Shown here one piece after another: positions 23,801 to 37,729 of a DNA stretch of 64,000 bases (the stretch's first letter is position 1; each line of letters starts with the position of its first letter). Position numbers and translations under genes: made by a program. Source of the stretch: Macrostomum lignano. Taxonomy: Eukaryota. The notes beneath the pieces were generated by a model. The model saw nothing but the letters and a program-made list of their open reading frames with translations. It ran no database searches and had not been told where the DNA came from. Location of the stretch: positions 102,265-166,264 of the forward strand of contig NIVC01002506.1 of the NCBI GenBank assembly GCA_002269645.1, given 5' to 3'.

Positions 23801-26800
23801 CACTTGATAAACAAATATTGCACTTGATAAACCAAGGATTATTGCACTTGATAAGCCAAGGATTATTGCACTTGATAAACTAAGGATTATTTCACTTGAT
23901 AAACCAAGGTTTATTGCACTTGATAAACCAAGGATTATTGCACTTGATAAACCAAGGATTATTTCACTTGATAAACCAAGGATTATTGCACTTGATAAAC
24001 CAAGGATTTTTTCACTTGATAAACCAAGGATTATTGCACTTGATAAACCAAGGATTATTGCACTTGATAAGCCAAGGATTATTGCACTTGATAAACTAAG
24101 GATTATTTCACTTGATAAACCAAGGATTTTTGCACTTGATAAACCAAGGATTATTGCACTTGATAAACCAAGGATTATTTCACTTGATAAACCAAGGATT
24201 ATTGCACTTGATAAGCCAAGGATTATTGCACTTGATAAGCCAAGGATTATTGCACTTGATAGGCCAAGGATTACTGCGCTTGATAAGCCAAGGATTATTG
24301 CACTTGATAAACAAATATTGCACTTGATAAACCAAGGATTATTGCACTTGATAAGCCAAGGATTATTGCGCTAGATAAACAAAGGATTATTGCACTTGAT
24401 AAAGCAAGGATTATTGCACTTGATAAACCAAGGATTATTGCACTTGATAAGCCAAGGATTATTGCACTTGATAAGCCAAGGATTATTGCACTTGATAGGC
24501 CAAGGATTACTGCGCTTGATAAGCCAAGGATTATTGCACTTGATAAACAAATATTGCACTTGATAAACCAAGGATTATTGCACTTGATAAGCCAAGGATT
24601 ATTGCGCTAGATAAACAAAGGATTATTGCACTTGATAAACCAAGGATTATTGCACTTGATAAACCAAGGATTATTGCACTTGATAAACCAAGGATTATTT
24701 CACTTGATAAGCCAAGGATTACTGCGCTAGATAAACCAAGGATTATTGCACTTGATAAACAAATATTGCACTTGATAAACCAAGGATTATTGCGCTTGAT
24801 AAACCAAGGATTATTGCACTTGATAAGCCAAGGATTATTGCACTTGATAAACTAAGGATTATTTCACTTGATAAACCAAGGATTTTTGCACTTGATAAAC
24901 CAAGGATTATTGCACTTGATAAACCAAGGATTATTTCACTTGATAAACCAAGGATTATTGCACTTGATAAGCCAAGGATTATTGCACTTGATAAGCCAAG
25001 GATTATTGCACTTGATAGGCCAAGGATTACTGCGCTTGATAAGCCAAGGATTATTGCACTTGATAAACAAATATTGCACTTGATAAACCAAGGATTATTG
25101 CACTTGATAAGCCAAGGATTATTGCACTTGATAAACCAAGGATTATTGCACTTGATAAACCAAGGATTATTGCACTTGATAAACCAAGGATTATTGCACT
25201 TGATAAACCAAGGATTATTGCACTTGATAAACCAAGGATTATTGCACTTGATAAACCAAGGATTATTGCACTTGATAAACCAAGGATTATTGCACTTGAT
25301 AAACCAAGGATTATTGCACTTGATAAGCCAAGGATTATTGCACTTGATAGGCCAAGGATTACTGCGCTTGATAAACCAAGGATTATTGCACTTGATAAAC
25401 CAAGGATTATTGCAGTTGACAAGCCAAGGATTATTGCACTTGATAAACCAAGGATTATTTCACTTGATAAACCAAGGATTTTTTCACTTGATAAACCAAG
25501 GATTATTGCACTTGATAAACAAATATTGCACTTGATAAACCAAGGATTATTGCAGTTGATAAGCCAAGGATTATTGCACTTGATAAACCAAGGATTATTT
25601 CACTTGATAAACCAAGGATTATTTCACTTGATAAACCAAGGATTATTGCACTTGATAAACAAATATTGCACTTGATAAACCAAGGATTATTGCACTTGAT
25701 AAGCCAAGGATTACTGCGCTAGATAAACCAAGGATTATTGCACTTGATAAACAAATATTGCACTTGATAAACCAAGGATTATTGCACTTAATAAGCCAAG
25801 GATTATTGCACTTGATAAACTAAGGATTATTTCACTTGATAAACCAAGGATTATTGCACTTGATAAACCAAGGATTATTGCACTTGATAAACCAAGGATT
25901 ATTGCACTTGATAAACCAAGGATTATTGCACTTGATAAACCAAGGATTATTGCACTTGATAAACCAAGGATTATTGCACTTGATAAGCCAAGGATTATTG
26001 CACTTGATAGGCCAAGGATTACTGCGGTTGATAAACCAAGGATTATTGCACTTGATAAACCAAGGATTATTGCAGTTGACAAGCCAAGGATTATTGCACT
26101 TGATAAACCAAGGATTATTTCACTTGATAAACCAAGGATTTTTTCACTTGATAAACCAAGGATTATTGCACTTGATAAACAAATATTGCACTTGATAAAC
26201 CAAGGATTATTGCAGTTGATAAGCCAAGGATTATTGCACTTGATAAACCAAGGATTATTTCACTTGATAAACCAAGGATTATTTCACTTGATAAACCAAG
26301 GATTATTGCACTTGATAAACAAATATTGCACTTGATAAACCAAGGATTATTGCACTTGATAAGCCAAGGATTACTGCGCTAGATAAACCAAGGATTATTG
26401 CACTTGATAAACAAATATTGCACTTGATAAACCAAGGATTATTGCACTTGATAAGCCAAGGATTATTGCACTTGATAAACTAAGGATTATTTCACTTGAT
26501 AAACCAAGGATTATTGCACTTGATAAACCAAGGATTATTGCACTTGATAAACCAAGGATTATTTCACTTGATAAACCAAGGATTATTGCACTTGATAAAC
26601 CAAGGATTTTTTCACTTGATAAACCAAGGATTATTGCACTTGATAAACCAAGGATTATTGCACTTGATAAGCCAAGGATTATTGCACTTGATAAACTAAG
26701 GACTATTTCACTTGATAAACCAAGGATTTTTGCACTTGATAAACCAAGGATTATTGCACTTGATAAACCAAGGATTATTTCACTTGATAAACCAAGGATT

Positions 26801-29460
26801 ATTGCACTTGATAAGCCAAGGATTATTGCACTTGATAAGCCAAGGATTATTGCACTTGATAGGCCAAGGATTACTGCGCTTGATAAGCCAAGGATTATTG
26901 CACTTGATAAACAAATATTGCACTTGATAAACCAAGGATTATTGCACTTGATAAGCCAAGGATTATTGCGCTAGATAAACAAAGGATTATTGCACTTGAT
27001 AAACCAAGGATTATTGCACTTGATAAACCAAGGATTATTGCACTTGATAAACCAAGGATTATTTCACTTGATAAGCCAAGGATTACTGCGCTAGATAAAC
27101 CAAGGATTATTGCACTTGATAAACAAATATTGCACTTGATAAACCAAGGATTATTGCGCTTGATAAACCAAGGATTATTGCACTTGATAAGCCAAGGATT
27201 ATTGCACTTGATAAACTAAGGATTATTTCACTTGATAAACCAAGGATTTTTGCACTTGATAAACCAAGGATTATTGCACTTGATAAACCAAGGATTATTT
27301 CACTTGATAAACCAAGGATTATTGCACTTGATAAGCCAAGGATTATTGCACTTGATAAGCCAAGGATTATTGCACTTGATAGGCCAAGGATTACTGCGCT
27401 TGATAAGCCAAGGATTATTGCACTTGATAAACAAATATTGCACTTGATAAACCAAGGATTATTGCACTTGATAAGCCAAGGATTATTGCACTTGATAAAC
27501 CAAGGATTATTGCACTTGATAAACCAAGGATTATTGCACTTGATAAACCAAGGATTATTGCACTTGATAAACCAAGGATTATTGCACTTGATAAACCAAG
27601 GATTATTGCACTTGATAAACCAAGGATTATTGCACTTGATAAACCAAGGATTATTGCACTTGATAAACCAAGGATTATTGCACTTGATAAACCAAGGATT
27701 ATTGCACTTGATAAGCCAAGGATTATTGCACTTGATAGGCCAAGGATTACTGCGCTTGATAAACCAAGGATTATTGCACTTGATAAACCAAGGATTATTG
27801 CAGTTGACAAGCCAAGGATTATTGCACTTGATAAACCAAGGATTATTTCACTTGATAAACCAAGGATTTTTTCACTTGATAAACCAAGGATTATTGCACT
27901 TGATAAACAAATATTGCACTTGATAAACCAAGGATTATTGCAGTTGATAAGCCAAGGATTATTGCACTTGATAAACCAAGGATTATTTCACTTGATAAAC
28001 CAAGGATTATTTCACTTGATAAACCAAGGATTATTGCACTTGATAAACAAATATTGCACTTGATAAACCAAGGATTATTGCACTTGATAAGCCAAGGATT
28101 ACTGCGCTAGATAAACCAAGGATTATTGCACTTGATAAACAAATATTGCACTTGATAAACCAAGGATTATTGCACTTGATAAGCCAAGGATTATTGCACT
28201 TGATAAACTAAGGATTATTTCACTTGATAAACCAAGGATTATTGCACTTGATAAACCAAGGATTATTGCACTTGATAAACCAAGGATTATTTCACTTGAT
28301 AAACCAAGGATTATTGCACTTGATAAACCAAGGATTTTTTCACTTGATAAACCAAGGATTATTGCACTTGATAAACCAAGGATTATTGCACTTGATAAGC
28401 CAAGGATTATTGCACTTGATAAACTAAGGATTATTTCACTTGATAAACCAAGGATTTTTGCACTTGATAAACCAAGGATTATTGCACTTGATAAACCAAG
28501 GATTATTGCACTTGATAAACCAAGGATTATTGCACTTGATAAGCCAAGGATTATTGCACTTGATAAGCCAAGGATTATTGCACTTGATAGGCCAAGGATT
28601 ACTGCGCTTGATAAGCCAAGGATTATTGCACTTGATAAACAAATATTGCACTTGATAAACCAAGGATTATTGCACTTGATAAGCCAAGGATTATTGCGCT
28701 AGATAAACAAAGGATTATTGCACTTGATAAACCAAGGATTATTGCACTTGATAAACCAAGGATTATTGCACTTGATAAACCAAGGATTATTTCACTTGAT
28801 AAGCCAAGGATTACTGCGCTAGATAAACCAAGGATTATTGCACTTGATAAACAAATATTGCACTTGATAAACCAAGGATTATTGCGCTTGATAAACCAAG
28901 GATTATTGCACTTGATAAGCCAAGGATTATTGCACTTGATAAACTAAGGATTATTTCACTTGATAAACCAAGGATTTTTGCACTTGATAAACCAAGGATT
29001 ATTGCACTTGATAAACCAAGGATTATTTCACTTGATAAACCAAGGATTATTGCACTTGATAGGCCAAGGATTACTGCGCTTGATAAGCCAAGGATTATTG
29101 CACTTGATAAACAAATATTGCACTTGATAAACCAAGGATTATTGCACTTGATAAGCCAAGGATTATTGCACTTGATAAACCAAGGATTATTGCACTTGAT
29201 AAACCAAGGATTATTGCACTTGATAAACCAAGGATTATTGCACTTGATAAACCAAGGATTATTGCACTTGATAAACCAAGGATTATTGCACTTGATAAAC
29301 AAAGGATTATTGCACTTGATAAACCAAGGATTATTGCACTTGATAAGCCAAGGATTATTGCACTTGATAAACCAAGGATTATTTCACTTGAAAAACCAAG
29401 GATTATTGCACTTGTTTCATCAAGGATTATTGCTATTAATAAACCAAGGATTATTGCACT
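20838..29460. repeat. 24-bp satellite array in H3 (~8.6 kb) with higher-order repeats
   Basis: Unit ttgataaaccaaggattattgcac plus a 20-bp variant ttgataaacaaatattgcac. Identical ORF translations recur at offsets 1488, 1728 and 2364 bp. Confidence 0.95.
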
Positions 29461-30979
29461 AGCTGAGAAGCTGATTACTGCGCTGTCTAAAAAGAGATTA
29501 TTGCGCTCGCTGAGACGTGGATTGTTGCACAACCTGAGAAAGCGATTATTGCATTAGCGGAAGTAACATTTGCACTAGCTACTTGCTGTCTCGTGGATGC
29601 TTGCTCTCGAGGGGGGATACTTGCTATTTGGGAGAGGGGGTACTGGCTACATGCATGGGATTCTTCCTATCCAGGGATGCTTGCTATTTAGGGATTCTTG
29701 CTATCTGCAGGATGCTTGCTATCTGGGTGGATGCTTCTATAATATCTGGGGGGTGCTTGCTATCTGCAGGATGCTTCTATAATATCTGGGGGGTGCTTGC
29801 TAATCTGCAGATGCTTGCTATCTGTGGTGATTCTTGCTATGAGCATTAGAGGATGCTTGCTATCTGCGATTGTTCACTTTTGGAGGGGGTTGCTTGCTGT
29901 CTTGGGAATATTTTCTATTTAGGGAAACGATATTTTGTTGACTGTTTGTTAATTTTAGAGAAAAAGTGATTTTTTAATTTTGCAAACATCTTAGTCCGTG
30001 ACAATTTTACACGAATAAGGTGATTTTTAAAATGTGAAGAAGGAATTGGTGTTTAAGAAAATGTGTTTTTTTATTGTTTTCCATGAACTATTTTTGCTCC
30101 TTTCTTATTGGGCGCCCCGAAGGGGGGCCGCACTAGATTGCTAGTCTTCTTCTTTCTTATATACTAAATCTCTAATCTATGTCTGTCTGTCTGTCCGTGT
30201 AAAACGCTCTACAGACTGCAATTCTTGACCAATTTCGATCGCGTTTTCACCAAAAAGTTGCAACTCAACCAAGGATTGTATGGTTAACATTTCTTTTATC
30301 TGCTTCACTTCTAAAGGTCTTAAATATTCAAAAAACTGTATTTTCCCTATCTAATTAGTGTATTTTTGTCGCAGTGAGAGCTCGAAAAATAATAATACGT
30401 CTATGGCCATAGACTAAACTTTAACTTCTTGAGCTGATGCTGCGAGCTATAAATAATTAAATATTCGCAAGCTTCAGTTTATGCACGTAGGAGATAAGAT
30501 AAAATGAAATAAAATTTTCATTTATTTGTAGCTTGTACCTGCCTGGACTAATCGCTAAATTGCAGACGATGCAAAATCTTCGTTGCATTGATGTGCAAAA
30601 GACTGCCAATATCTATCGAAATCTATCGAGAAGCCGTACAATTATTGAAAGGATCATTGCAGCTTCCTGAGGATACTGAGGGGCCAGCAAAGAGGAAAAC
30701 TGCAGACTGCTGAGAATGAGAATTGTTGTAGACTGCAAATGGAATGACCGCAGGTTGCTGAGGAGAACTGCAGATTGTCAAAGGGATCATTCATTTAGAC
30801 TGCAAAGTTGAAAAACGAAAAACTGCTGAGGTAGTTCCTCCAGACTTATGAGTGTATAGCTGCAAACTTCCGGGATAACTATCTATAGAGTTTAAGTGGA
30901 TAATAACTGTGAATGATTGAGTGCAACTTGTTGAGGGGATAACTGCAGACTGCTTAGTGAAGGTTTTGATTCATGGTAA

Positions 30980-32400
30980 CTGGGGGAATTGCTGAGATGA
31001 CAAGGCTTACTGGGGGAATTTCCGAGATTTCAAGGCTTACTGGGGGAATTCTGAGATGTCAAGGCTAACTGGGGGAATTACTGAGATGTCAAGGCTAACT
31101 GGGGGAATTGCTGAGATGTCAAGGCTAACTGGGGGAATTTCTGAAATGTCAACGCTTACTGGGGGGAAGTGCTGAGTTGTCAAGGCTTACTGGGGGAATT
31201 GCTGCGACTTCAAGGCTTACTGGGGGAATTTCTGAGATTTCAAGGCTTACTGGGGGGATTGCTGAGATGTCAAGGCTTACTGGGGGAATTGCTGGGATGT
31301 CAAGGCTTGGGGAGAATTGCTGAGTTGTTAAGGCTTATTTGGGGGAATTGCTGAGATTTCAAGGCTTGCTGCGGGGAATTGCTGAGATGTCAAGGCTTAC
31401 TCGGGGAATTGCTGAGATTTCAAGGCTTGCTGGGGGGAATTGCTGAGATGTCAAGGCTTACTAGGAGGAATTGCTGAGATGTCAAGGCTTACTGGGGGAA
31501 TTGCTGCGACTTCAAGGCTTACTGGGGGAATTTCTGAGATTTCAAGGCTTACTGGGGGGATTGCTGAGATGTCAAGGCTTACTGGGGGAATTGCTGGGAT
31601 GTCAAGGCTTGGGGAGAATTGCTGAGTTGTTAAGGCTTATTTGGGGGAATTGCTGAGATTTCAAGGCTTGCTGCGGGGAATTGCTGAGATGTCAAGGCTT
31701 ACTAGGAGGAATTGCTGAGATGTCAAGGCTTACTTGGGGGAATTGCTGCGACTTCAAGGCTTGCTGCGGGGAATTGCTGAGATGTCAAGGCTTACTCGGG
31801 GAATTGCTGAGATTTCAAGGCTTGCTGGGGGGAATTGCTGAGATGTCAAGGCTTACTAGGAGGAATTGCTGAGATGTCAAGGCTTACTTGGGGAATTGCT
31901 GCGACTTCAAGGCTAATTGGGGGAATTTCCGAGATTTCAAGGCTTACTGGGGGAATTCTGAGATGTCAAAACTAACTGGGGGAATTACTGAGATGTCAAG
32001 GCTAACTGGGGGAATTACTGAGATGTCAAGGCTTACTGGGGAATTGCTGAGATGTCAAGGCTAACTGGGGGAATTACTGAGATGTCAAGGCTTACTGGGG
32101 AATTGCTGAGATGTCAAGGCTAACTGGGGGAATTGCCGAAATGTCAACGCTTACTGGGGGGAAGTGCTGAGTTGTCAAGGCTTACTGGGGGAATTGCTGA
32201 GATTTCAAGGCTTAATCGGGGAATTGCTGAGATTTCAAGGCTTGCTGGGGGAATTGCTGAGATGTCAAGGCTTACTAGGAGGAATTGCTGAGATGTCAAG
32301 GCTTACTGGGGGGAATTACTGAGATGTCAAGGCTTACTGAGGGTATTGCTGAGATTTCAAGGCTTACTGGGGGAATCACTGAGATGTCAAGGCTTACTGG
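30980..32400. repeat. 30-31-bp satellite array in H4 (first block)
   Basis: Unit gggggaattgctgagatgtcaaggcttact. Confidence 0.95.
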
Positions 32401-33129
32401 GGGTAAGGTTATTACTCATAGGCCAAAATAAAAACCATTTAGCGTCATTCTTGCGTCCCCCAACGGGAAGGGCTTACTGGGCTTACTTTAAGTCTTGAAT
32501 CTTAAATACTTCAAGACTTTAAGCTTCAGCGTATGCACGTGGGAGATAAAAATATATTAAATTAATTTTCATTTATTTGTAGCTTGTGCCTGGACTAATC
32601 GAACATTTTTTGATTAAAAGCAACAATTTTTTATGAGTAATAATTAGCTAATTAGTAATAATTAGCTTCGACTATCAGTTATCCCATCAATTGTTATTGC
32701 CTAAGGTCTAAGAAATCGCTAAAATGCAGACAATGTTGCTAAACTGCTGAAAGTATTGCTAAAAGCTGTGTTGTGCAAAAGATTGCAAAGTTGAAAAACG
32801 AAAAACTGCTGAGGTAGTTCCTCCAGACTTATAAGTGTATAGCTGCAAACTGCCGATGGGATAACTATCTACAGAGTTTTAGTGGATAATAACTGTGAAT
32901 GATTAATTGCAAGTTTATTGAGGGGATAACTGTATTCTGCTTGTAGTTTGCTGATGTTAATGAAAGTTGTAGACGGCAAAGTGGATATCTGCAGGCTGTT
33001 AATAGTATGACTGCATTCTGTTTTGCGGGATTAGAAGAGAAGCTACAAGCTACAAGAATTACTGAATTACTGTAGACAAGCAATAACAGGCATAGGCTAA
33101 GCAGATGGTCGGCAGTTGGAGTCTACATT

Positions 33130-34590
33130 GAAGCAGCAAATTTATCTGGCTTACTGGGGGAATTGTTGAGATGTCAAGGCTTACTGGGGAAATTAATGAG
33201 ATGTCATCAAGGCTTATGGCATATTGAGCTCCTGCTGCAGACCAGAATACGCCCAGGCCAATGACGATATGCCCTAAGAGTTTGTGCTTGAAAGGATAAG
33301 TACTATTTGCTGAATGAGAAAGGGTTTTGGGCTGATGAATGAAACTTTGGCTGGTGAAGGTTTTGATTCATGGCAACTGGGGAATTGTTGAGTTGTCAAG
33401 GCTTACTGGGGGAATTGCTGAATTGTCAAGGTTTACTGGGGGAATTGCTGAGATGTCAAGGCTTACTGGGGAAATCGCTGAATTGCTGACTTCAAGGCTT
33501 ACTGGGGGAATTTCTGAGAGATTTCAAGGCTTACTCGGGGAATTGCTGAGATTTCAAGGCTTGCTGGGGGAATTGCTGAGATGTCAAGGCTTGCTGGGGG
33601 AATTGCTGAGATGTCAAGGCTTACTAGGAGGAATTGCTGAGATGTCAAGGCTTACTGGGGGAATTGCTTAGACTTCAAGACTTACTGGAGGAATTACTGA
33701 GATTCGAGACTTACTGGGGAATTACTGAGATTCGAGACTTACTGGAAGAATTACTGAGATTCGAGACTTACTGGGGAATTGCTGAATTGTCAAGGTTTAC
33801 TGGGGGAATTGCTGAGATGTCAAGGCTTACTGGGGAAATTAATGAGATGTCATCAAGGCTTATGGCATATTGAGCTCCTGCTGCGGACCAGAATATGCCC
33901 AGGCCAATGACGATATGCCCAAAGAGTTTGTGCTTGAAAGGATAAGTACTATTTGCTGATTGAGAAAGGGTTTTGGAAGGGTTTTGAAGGAAACTTTGGC
34001 TGGTGAAGGTTTTGATTTATGGCAACTGGGGGAATTGCTGAGTTGTCAAGGATTACTGGGGGAATCGCTGAGATTCCAAGGCTTACTGGGGGAATTGCTG
34101 AGACTTCAAGGCTTACTGGGGGAATTGCTAATATTTCAAGGCTTACTAATGGAATTTCTGAGATTTCAAGGCTTACTCGGGGAATTGCTGAGATGTCAAG
34201 GCTTACTGGGGGAATTGCTGAGATGTCATCAAGGCTTATGGCATATTGAGCTCCTGGTGTGGACCAGAATACGCCCAGGCCAATGACGATATGCACTAAG
34301 AGTTTGTGCTTGAAAGGATAAGTACTATTTGCTGAATGAGAAAGGCTTTTGGGCTGATGAAGGAAACTTTGGCTGGTGAAGGTTTTGATTCATGGCAACT
34401 GGAAGAATTGTTGAGTTGTCAAGGCCTACTGGGGGAATTGTTGAATTGTCAAGGCTTATTTGGGGGAATTGCTGGGATGTCAAGGCTTGGGGAGAATTGC
34501 TGAGTTGTTAAGGCTTATTTGGGGGAATTGCTGAGATGTCAAGGCTTACTGGGGGAATCACTGAGATGTCAAGGCTTACTGGGGGTAAGG
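33130..34590. repeat. 30-31-bp satellite array in H4 (second block) with three ~180-bp interspersed spacers
   Basis: Same unit. Block tcatcaaggcttatggcatattgagctcctg...ggcaactgg recurs near 33200, 33850 and 34225. Confidence 0.9.
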
Positions 34591-35319
34591 TTATTACTCA
34601 TAGGCCAAAATAAAAACCATTTGGCGTCATTCTAGCGTCCCCCAACGGGGGGCTTAAATTGCTAGTCCATATACTAAAAATGGTCTGTTGGTATGTGTGT
34701 GATCGATTTTAGCAAAAACGGCTCAACCAATTTTATTCGAACTTGCACCATTCGATCAGAAATTTTTCCGTGACGGTACATGCATCGTGGCTAAGAAATT
34801 GCTCGATGCTAAAGGGATTAAATATTCGAAAAACATGCTTTTTTGCAAAGGTCAAGCAGCTATTTCGACTTGAAACGCACTGTAAAAATGCTAGAGAAAA
34901 AACTGACTGGTTGAATTCTGATTCTGAAATAGATTGCATCACAATACACTTTATTTATCGTCTGTGTACTGGCTGAATTTGACACTCAATTGAATTGCGT
35001 CACAGCTTTGAGTGTGAAAGTATAGTGCAGTACTGAATTTATATTACGTAACCATATTGTTAGCTTTCATAGACACTGGTACTGACTTGCCTAAGAAATT
35101 GATTATGTCATAACTGCTTCGCGTGACTTTTTACTCTACCTGACTTGGTGTGAGTGTTGAATTATATAAGTGGTACAAATTCACTGATAACTTCGATGAG
35201 AGCTAGCCTAGAGCTGAGCAGACCAGACTGCTAATGCAGTGACCTGGGTTCGAATCTAAGTAGTAGTGTAAAATTTTTTATTAAAAGCTTTTATTAAAGG
35301 ACTAAATAAAAACACTTAG

Positions 35320-37320
35320 ATTACTGCACTCGATAAGCTAAGGATTATTGCTATTAATAAACCAAGGATTACTGCACTCAATAAACCAAGGACTATTGCT
35401 CTTGGCAAACCAAGGATTACTGCACTTGATTAATCAAGGATTATTGCTATTAATAAACCAAGGATTACTGCACTCGATAAGCCAAGGATTATTGCTATTA
35501 ATAAACCAAGGATTACTGCACTCAATAAACCAAGGACTATTGCTATTAATAAACCAAGGATTACTGCACTCAATAAACCAAGGACTATTGCTCTTGGCAA
35601 ACCAAGGATTACTGCACTCGATAAGCCAAGGACTATTGCTCTTGGCAAACCAAGGATTACTGCACTCGATAAGCCATGGATTATTGCTATTAATAAACCA
35701 AGGATTACTGCACTCGATAAGCCAAGGATTATTGCTATTAATAAACCAAGGATTACTGCACTCGATAAACCAAGGATTATTGCTATTAATAAACCAAGGA
35801 TTATGCACTTGGCAAACCAAGGATTACTGCACTCGATAAACCAAGGATTATTGCTATTAATAAACCAAGGATTATGCACTTGGCAAACCAAGGATTACTG
35901 CACTCGATAAGCCAAGGATTATTGCTATTAATAAACCAAGGATTACTGCACTCAATAAACCAAGGACTATTGCTCTTGGCAAACCAAGGATTACTGCACT
36001 CGATAAGCCAAGGACTATTGCTCTTGGCAAACCAAGGATTACTGCACTCGATAAGCCATGGATTATTGCTATTAATAAACCAAGGATTACTGCACTCGAT
36101 AAGCCAAGGATTATTGCTATTAATAAACCAAGGATTACTGCACTCGATAAGCCAAGGATTATTGCTATTAATAAACCAAGGATTATGCACTTGGCAAACC
36201 AAGGATTACTGCACTCGATAAGCCAAGGATTATTGCTATTAATAAACCAAGGATTACTGCACTCAATAAACCAAGGACTATTGCTCTTGGCAAACCAAGG
36301 ATTACTGCACTTGATTAATCAAGGATTATTGCTATTAATAAACCAAGGATTACTGCACTCGATAAGCCAAGGATTATTGCTATTAATAAACCAAGGATTA
36401 CTGCACTCGATAAGCCAAGGATTATTGCTATTAATAAACCAAGGATTACTGCACTCGATAAACCAAGGATTATTGCTATTAATAAACCAAGGATTATGCA
36501 CTTGGCAAACCAAGGATTACTGCACTCGATAAACCAAGGATTATTGCTATTAATAAACCAAGGATTATGCACTTGGCAAACCAAGGATTACTGCACTCGA
36601 TAAGCCAAGGATTATTGCTATTAATAAACCAAGGATTACTGCACTCAATAAACCAAGGACTATTGCTCTTGGCAAACCAAGGATTACTGCACTCGATAAG
36701 CCAAGGACTATTGCTCTTGGCAAACCAAGGATTACTGCACTCGATAAGCCATGGATTATTGCTATTAATAAACCAAGGATTACTGCACTCGATAAGCCAA
36801 GGATTATTGCTATTAATAAACCAAGGATTACTGCACTCGATAAGCCAAGGATTATTGCTATTAATAAACCAAGGATTATGCACTTGGCAAACCAAGGATT
36901 ACTGCACTCGATAAGCCAAGGATTATTGCTATTAATAAACCAAGGATTACTGCACTCAATAAACCAAGGACTATTGCTCTTGGCAAACCAAGGATTACTG
37001 CACTTGATTAATCAAGGATTATTGCTATTAATAAACCAAGGATTACTGCACTCGATAAGCCAAGGATTATTGCTATTAATAAACCAAGGATTACTGCACT
37101 CGATAAGCCAAGGATTATTGCTATTAATAAACCAAGGATTACTGCACTCGATAAGGCATGGATTATTGCTATTAATAAACCAAGGATTACTGCACTCGAT
37201 AAGCCAAGGATTATTGCTATTAATAAACCAAGGATTACTGCACTCGATAAGCCATGGATTATTGCTATTAATAAACCAAGGATTACTGCACTCGATAGCC
37301 AAGGATTACTGCGCTTGATA
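35320..37320. repeat. 24-bp satellite (48-bp dimer form) in H5 with 693-bp higher-order repeat
   Basis: Alternating ttgctattaataaaccaaggatta / ctgcactcgataagccaaggatta. Identical ORFs occur at offset 693. Confidence 0.95.
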
Positions 37321-37729
37321 AGCTTGGCTACATGTATAGGATTATTTCTATCCAGGGATGCTTGCTATTTAGGGATTCTTGCTATGTGCAGGATGCTTGC
37401 TATCTGGAAGGATGCTTCTACATTATCTGGGGTATGCTTGCTATCTGCAAGATGCTTGCTATCTGCAAGATGCTTGCTATCTGCAGATGCTTGCTATCTG
37501 CAGATGCTTGCTATCTGGGTGGATGCTTGCTAGGAGTATTAGGGGATGCTTGCTACTGGGGGGATGCTTGCTGTCTTGGGAATATTTTCTATTTAGGGGT
37601 AATGACTAAAATTCATGAGAGCTAGCCTAGAGGTAAACAGACTAAACTGCTAAATGCAGGGACGATGGTTCGAATTTTTAGAGAGTAGAGTTTTTTTAAT
37701 TAAAGCTTTTTAACGCCAAGACAAAAAAA

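Larger units (their letters stand above)
20153..30144 (+). mobile_element. Non-autonomous Helitron-like element H3
   Basis: TCcatatactaaaaatgg start, (GT)n and acggctgaaccgattt head. Ends gcgccccgaaggggggccgcactagattgCTAG. Confidence 0.8.
30145..34665 (+). mobile_element. Non-autonomous Helitron-like element H4 (divergent subfamily, internally duplicated)
   Basis: TC start, tatatactaaa and (GTCT)n. Ends gtcccccaacggggggcttaaattgCTAG. The tail sequence also occurs at ~32405-32473 with a broken hairpin. Confidence 0.7.

Noticed and set aside
20838-37320. Many ORFs such as LINQGLLH.. and SSAIILGL.. repeats
   Set aside because: They are translations of 24-bp satellites with period divisible by 3. 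They mostly begin at non-ATG codons and have no splice context or codon bias.
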